A stretch of 64,000 bases of DNA from Eledone cirrhosa (lineage: Eukaryota), in NCBI GenBank assembly GCA_964016885.1, contig OZ024748.1, forward strand, positions 35,030,001 to 35,094,000, given 5' to 3'. Of the stretch, positions 58,812-64,000 are shown piece after piece (position 1 is the stretch's first letter; each line of letters opens with the position of its first letter). A program made the position numbers and the translations under genes. Below the pieces are notes generated by a model. It had not been told where the DNA came from and did not search any database. It saw nothing but the letters and a program-made list of their open reading frames with translations.

Positions 58812-59617
58812 TCATCATCATTGCTTAACGTCTATCTTCCACGCTAGCATGGGTTTAGACGGGAATTGTCCCACTTGAGGCAAGATTGGTCGTCTTGCTC
58901 ATATAGGACTATCTGGCAGGTTTTCTACAGCTGGATGCCCTTCCTAACACCAACCACGTTTACAGTGTGGACTGGGAGGTTAACGTGTTACCTACACGGC
59001 CACATTACAGCGTGAACTGTGTGTTTTTTTTTGTCGTAACACCTACACAACCTCATTTATTTAGGACTGGATGTTGTGGTACCACCATAACTTTACAGCG
59101 AAAGGGTTGGTGTAGATGGGGGCAGTGGGATGGGGGTGTATATTTGATTAAGCGTGGACTGTGTTTTTTGTCGTGACACCTACATGATCCCGATCTCATT
59201 TTCTCGTGCTGTAGGTGGGAGTGGGAGGATAGGGTAGGGGTAGTGGATTGGGGTGTATATTTGGTTAAGAGGTGCCTACTGACTGTAGGTTTCGCTTTGT
59301 ACATAGGCAAGGCGGGTCTTCTGTATTACTGCGTAATGCCAAAGATCTCGGTCCAGAGACATTGTCTTAGAGAGATGTAAGTGTGTGAAGTCGGAATTTA
59401 TCAGATCGTCCCAGGTTTTTCTGGGTCTACCTACTCCGTAACTACCATCAATTTTGATCGCCCTGCACTTTTTTATGCAGCTGTCGTCTTTCATGCGCAT
59501 CACGTGACCATACCAACGTAGTCTTCTCTCAAGTAAACAGCATCTGATCCCTCTTATACCTAATTTCTCACTTAGTTCATTTATGCTTTGCCTTTCACGT
59601 ATATTACTATTACACAT
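58812..59617 (-). mobile_element. RTE 3' fragment (ORF end plus 3' UTR), inverted relative to 44012-44682
   Basis: MCNSNIRERQSINEL...GRPRKTWDDL...QKTRLA and the same 3' UTR and tail. Confidence 0.92.
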
Positions 59618-60360
59618 GAAATATTAACAACATCAATTTCCCCACTTATTCTTTGATTTAGAAGGGCACTGTACCCTTTTTTAGTAAGACTTAATATAAG
59701 AAAGGTTTAAAATGTTATCAGTAGATGGTGAGAAATATATTGAATATAGCCGTTTCTTGTGGCATCGGTGAGTTTGAATGTTTGTGTATGTATGGCACAT
59801 TTATGTATGTATGTGTGTGTGATACATCTGGAGGGGGTGGGGACCCATATCTGTGTGTTGTTTGAAATGACAAAAAATGTCATAAGACTTTAAGAAATGT
59901 CAAGTTGTTGTTGTTGTTTCTATTGAAATGTCTGACTTCTGTCATGAAATCTCACACAGATATCACTTTTATAAGCAGATTTCTGTCAGTTACTGTTCTA
60001 TAATTTACTTTCAGATGAAATAAAATATCATAAAGACAATACATACATAAACTCATTAATATATATATATATATATATTCAATGAATTACGAATTACTGG
60101 TGGTGGTACCAATATGAGTACTTGATGTACAGGCAGAGTGTATATATTAAAAAAAAAAAGTATTTTTTATTGAACACCAGTCAGCAGGGCAGATTGATTC
60201 TGGAATTGGGTCCATAACTTCTATGGATGACCTTGAGCCAACCCTCTGTGAAATGTGTATAACAAGTTGATACACAATGAAAACCTAAATACATGTAAAA
60301 GAAATTTCATCGCTTTTCTTTTTTCTACCGCCGAAATGCGATTCTCGCTGAATTTATACT

Positions 60361-60397
<37 letters not shown>

Positions 60398-60472
60398 GTA
60401 TATATATATGTATATATATATATATATATATAATATCTAATTTCATTATTTCTATATTCTTTTCTTTTACAG

Positions 60473-60547
60473 ATTATTGGTGTATGGTTGGCACTGCGAT
60501 ATCGGAACCAGAAAGATCCGAGAGCAAACCCAAGTGCATTCCTATAG
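60473..60547 (+). CDS. TSPAN13/31: Tetraspanin-13/31-like terminal exon B (distal)
   Basis: ttcttttcttttACAG|ATT ATT...CTA TAG; [24 protein letters not shown]. Confidence 0.92.
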   Translation: MIGVWLALRYRNQKDPRANPSAFL

Positions 60548-60677
60548 CCAAGCAATGATAAATCTTACTTCGAACTCCCTAATTATCTCCCTTAGTTTCC
60601 TTTCGTTTTTCAACTTAAACATTTATTTTTAAAACAAACATTTCCTCTTTAAATTCTCCCTCTTCCTCCCCCCCCCC

Positions 60678-60725
<48 letters not shown>

Positions 60726-61248
60726 GCTTAGTATTGATGGTCACGAGAATGAGTACTCAATACAATAAGAGAGATTTTATATTGTATAATAAGGCTAAGT
60801 TAGAATCCTGTTACTCTTTAGTCTGACCTGTAGACTAACAGGATCACCAAACAAGACATGTTTAATGATCCTGTGAATATACAGGTGAGACTTAAGACTA
60901 TCAGGACTCTGACTTGGCCTTTATAAAGTATATATACATATACATGATGATGATATATATATATATAAACATACACACATTACTGGGCTGTTTTGACACC
61001 TGTTGTTTGGAAATATCAAACAATAATAATAATTGATATAAAATATAAACATCTCTCATGTGATCCTCACCTACCCCCCACCATTACCTTGTATTGGTTC
61101 TCTCTGTCTGTGTGTCTGTATGTATATATGTGTGTGTTGTCTATTATGTTACGGTGATTTTCTCTGTATGTTTGTGTGATATCTGTTGAGATGAATTTTA
61201 ATGTGTGTGTATGTATGTATATCATTGTTGTCCTTACTTGACTCTGTA

Positions 61249-61297
<49 letters not shown>

Positions 61298-61773
61298 TTT
61301 TTAAGTGTTAAAGATAAGGTTTTATCTGTGCCACTATTAACATGGACCAATTTTGTTTGTGAATATATGTATGTATGTATATGTGTGATTATCAAACCCT
61401 ACATCAGTATTTTATAGTCATTAACATCAGTATTTAATGCAAATATAATAAATTTATGTAATATATATATCAGTATTTTAATTCTACTAATGCTGCCTCA
61501 GCACTCAGTTGTGTAGTAGCTAGTGTTGTTTTATGTTAAACTATATCCATTCTCTAGTAGGAATCGGATGTGTAGTGTCCCCTATAACTACTCTGTTACT
61601 ACATGTACCCAGGGCCCCTTATGATTATTCTCAGTTACTACATGTACCCAGGGCCCCAGTAACTATACTCAATCCACTGCCCTGGTGTGGGACTTTATAT
61701 TAATCCTTAATCTATCACCCTGGATGGTGCTCTATATTAACCCTACCCTCAATCCACCATTATTATTATTATT

Positions 61774-61996
61774 AGGGTGGTAGATTAACGGTATCGGTAG
61801 AGTGTCGTGCATCATGCTGTGATGCATAGTTACGTCCCTTTACATTGAGTTCAAATCCCGCTGAGGTTAGCTTTGCCTTTCATCCTTATAGGGTTGATAA
61901 AATAAAGTACCAGTAATGAACTGGGGTTGATTTATTCGACATTACCCTCCATAAAAGTTGTTGGCCTTGTGCCTAAATCAGAAACCATTATTATTG
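61774..61996 (+). mobile_element. tRNA-derived SINE with Meta-like core (a more decayed relative at ~54325-54475)
   Basis: B-box GAGTTCAAATCCC, GCCTTTCATCCTT..GGGGTTGATAAAATAAAGTACCAG core, (ATT)n end. Confidence 0.7.
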
Positions 61997-62047
61997 TTTT
62001 AATGAACCTCAGATGAAAAGCAAACTCTAAAACAATTAACTTCATCA

Positions 62048-62156
62048 TACCAGTAATATATTGAGGTCACTATAATTGACTCTACCAGTAATATATTGAG
62101 GTCACTATAATTGACTCTACCAGTAATATATTGAGGCCACTATAATTGACTCTACC
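62048..62156 (+). repeat. 35-bp tandem repeat, 3 copies
   Basis: TACCAGTAATATATTGAGGTCACTATAATTGACTC. Confidence 0.92.
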
Positions 62157-64000
62157 CATGTCCCAAAATATGTTGCCTTGTGTCCATGTCAGAAATCATT
62201 AATATGGTGTTGGTGTTTCTCTTCTTTGACCATCAAAGGTAGGAGGAGAATTGATGTTTCTTGATTGATTTTTCAATGTCATGTCAATCATTTTACTATC
62301 TCTCTCCCCCGCCACTCTCTCTTCCTGTTTCTCTTTAACTCTTAATGTCCTGTACCACATGAAACCACATTAACAAAACATTCCTGAAAAGTACAAAACA
62401 GCTCTGTGACTGCACCTCATTAAAGATTGGAGTCTTTTCTTTAATACTACAAATATTTACAGTGATCTGTTTACTAGTAAAGATACTATAAACATTTGAA
62501 TTAACAAACTTGTTTAAAGCTATTTTCTATTAAATCATTAATTCAACATAACTAATCTCTCTCTCCTGTTTCTAAAAGCAATAATCCGCAAGCTGGGTGA
62601 AAGATGTTGGGGTGGTGGTATTATTGGGTGACAAAGGACTGGGGCTCCTATCATTAAAACTCCCAAGAAACCTCCTGAGATGCAACGGGAGCTAGCTTGT
62701 TGGACCTGCCATCAGAAGCTCATATATAATCGAAAATAGCAAAACTACTGAGAAAATTTGTGACATGGTCATGTACATGACTCCTAAGTGGTTTTACTCT
62801 AAGACCCCAAATTTCCGCACTACTGTTTCCACTAGTAAAGTTACTATAAACATTTTAATTAAGAGACCCATTTTTAGATGTTTTCTGCTAAACCATTACA
62901 GGATGTTAAGAGTTAAACAGAATGATGAATAGTTGGTGTGTTTATTAACAAAAGAATGACAACTTTTATTCTTATTTCCATCTAGACTAGGTTGATGACA
63001 ATTTGAGACAGGTAGAAATAAACGTTACCTTGGCTAATTCCACAACAGTGATTCTAGCAAGATTTTGAATTCCTAACCTGGAGTCTGCAATATTAAGGGT
63101 CCATGAGGTTGTGAAGAAGACATAACTAGGGTCTTTGGCAGTGAAATACTTATGAACCACTGGTCTATAGTCTGTATAGCAAGTGTCTTTATATTAGAAA
63201 TTCAAAAATGAGTCGGTTTCAGGTTTGCTTTTTTTTTTCCAGATATATTTGTTATTAATATTTCTCAAGATTTCTTTAAAATGTTGTCATTGATTCTTTG
63301 TGATGAGACAACCTCTCTCTCTCTGCTAACTACACAACTATATGTGGTAGTTTCTCTATTAATGCTAGCTTAGTGCTCCACCCACTCTATCTCTCTCCTT
63401 CTCTCTGTATGTATGTATATATATATACACATACACATATAGAACTTCCCCTTTCACTCTTCGTCTCACCTCCAATTCTTACCTGATTGATTTTCTACTG
63501 CCAGATGCACTGAAGGAAGTGACGTGGGGTGTGGTGGGTTGTATGTGTTTTACTACACAGCTGTCCAGACTAATTAACCCATGGAGGGATAATACTAACA
63601 GTTGTTCAGCAGAGAAGCAAGACATCCATCACCCTAACCACCCTAACCAAAACTGTAATTTTGGCAAATATATGAATTCATTGCTAGAAATATTTTTAAC
63701 TTCCTCTCTCAGTAGTTAGTCTGTCTTATTTGTGGCTGTTGTTGTTGCTGTTATTATTATTGTTGTTGTATACTGATAGCTCCTAGAGTTTTTTGTTTTT
63801 TCTTGGACCAACAAACAATTGACTGACATTCCATGTGAGACTAAAACATATCTCCTCCTCTTTTATAATTTTACTCATTCACTGTCCAAGTCACTTCCTT
63901 AACTTTCCCCAGTCTTCTTCTTCTTCTTCGCCTTCTACTTCTTCTTCTTCATCTTCTACTGATATTCTTGTGTGCAATATTAGCAACGTAGAATTTTTTT

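Noticed and set aside
60295-60358. Minus-strand ATCGC/GCGAT-GAAA stem resembling a hammerhead upstream of exon B
   Set aside because: No CTGANGA core and no convincing stem I or III.

Overview
Eukaryotic, repeat-dense animal DNA, probably a cephalopod such as Octopus (inferred from the huge TA microsatellites and the SINE/RTE repertoire; not provable from this window). One host gene is visible: the 3' part of a + strand TSPAN13/TSPAN31-type tetraspanin. It has two internal exons (37707-37925, 44912-45067) and two alternative, duplicated, intact terminal exons (55076-55150 and 60473-60547). The exon at 37707 is preceded by a minor-spliceosome (U12)-type branch site, and the matching upstream exon was not found in the window. 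The rest is TA microsatellites, minisatellites, an 8.3 kb array of 44-bp units, RTE and CR1-group LINEs, tRNA-derived SINEs and Penelope-like elements (PLEs) with a GIY-YIG endonuclease. Folding by eye gives seven type I hammerhead ribozyme motifs (one with a core substitution). Two lie at the 3' ends of the PLEs and five lie in short non-coding inserts flanked by TA tracts. Almost all long ORFs in the supplied track are microsatellite artefacts.
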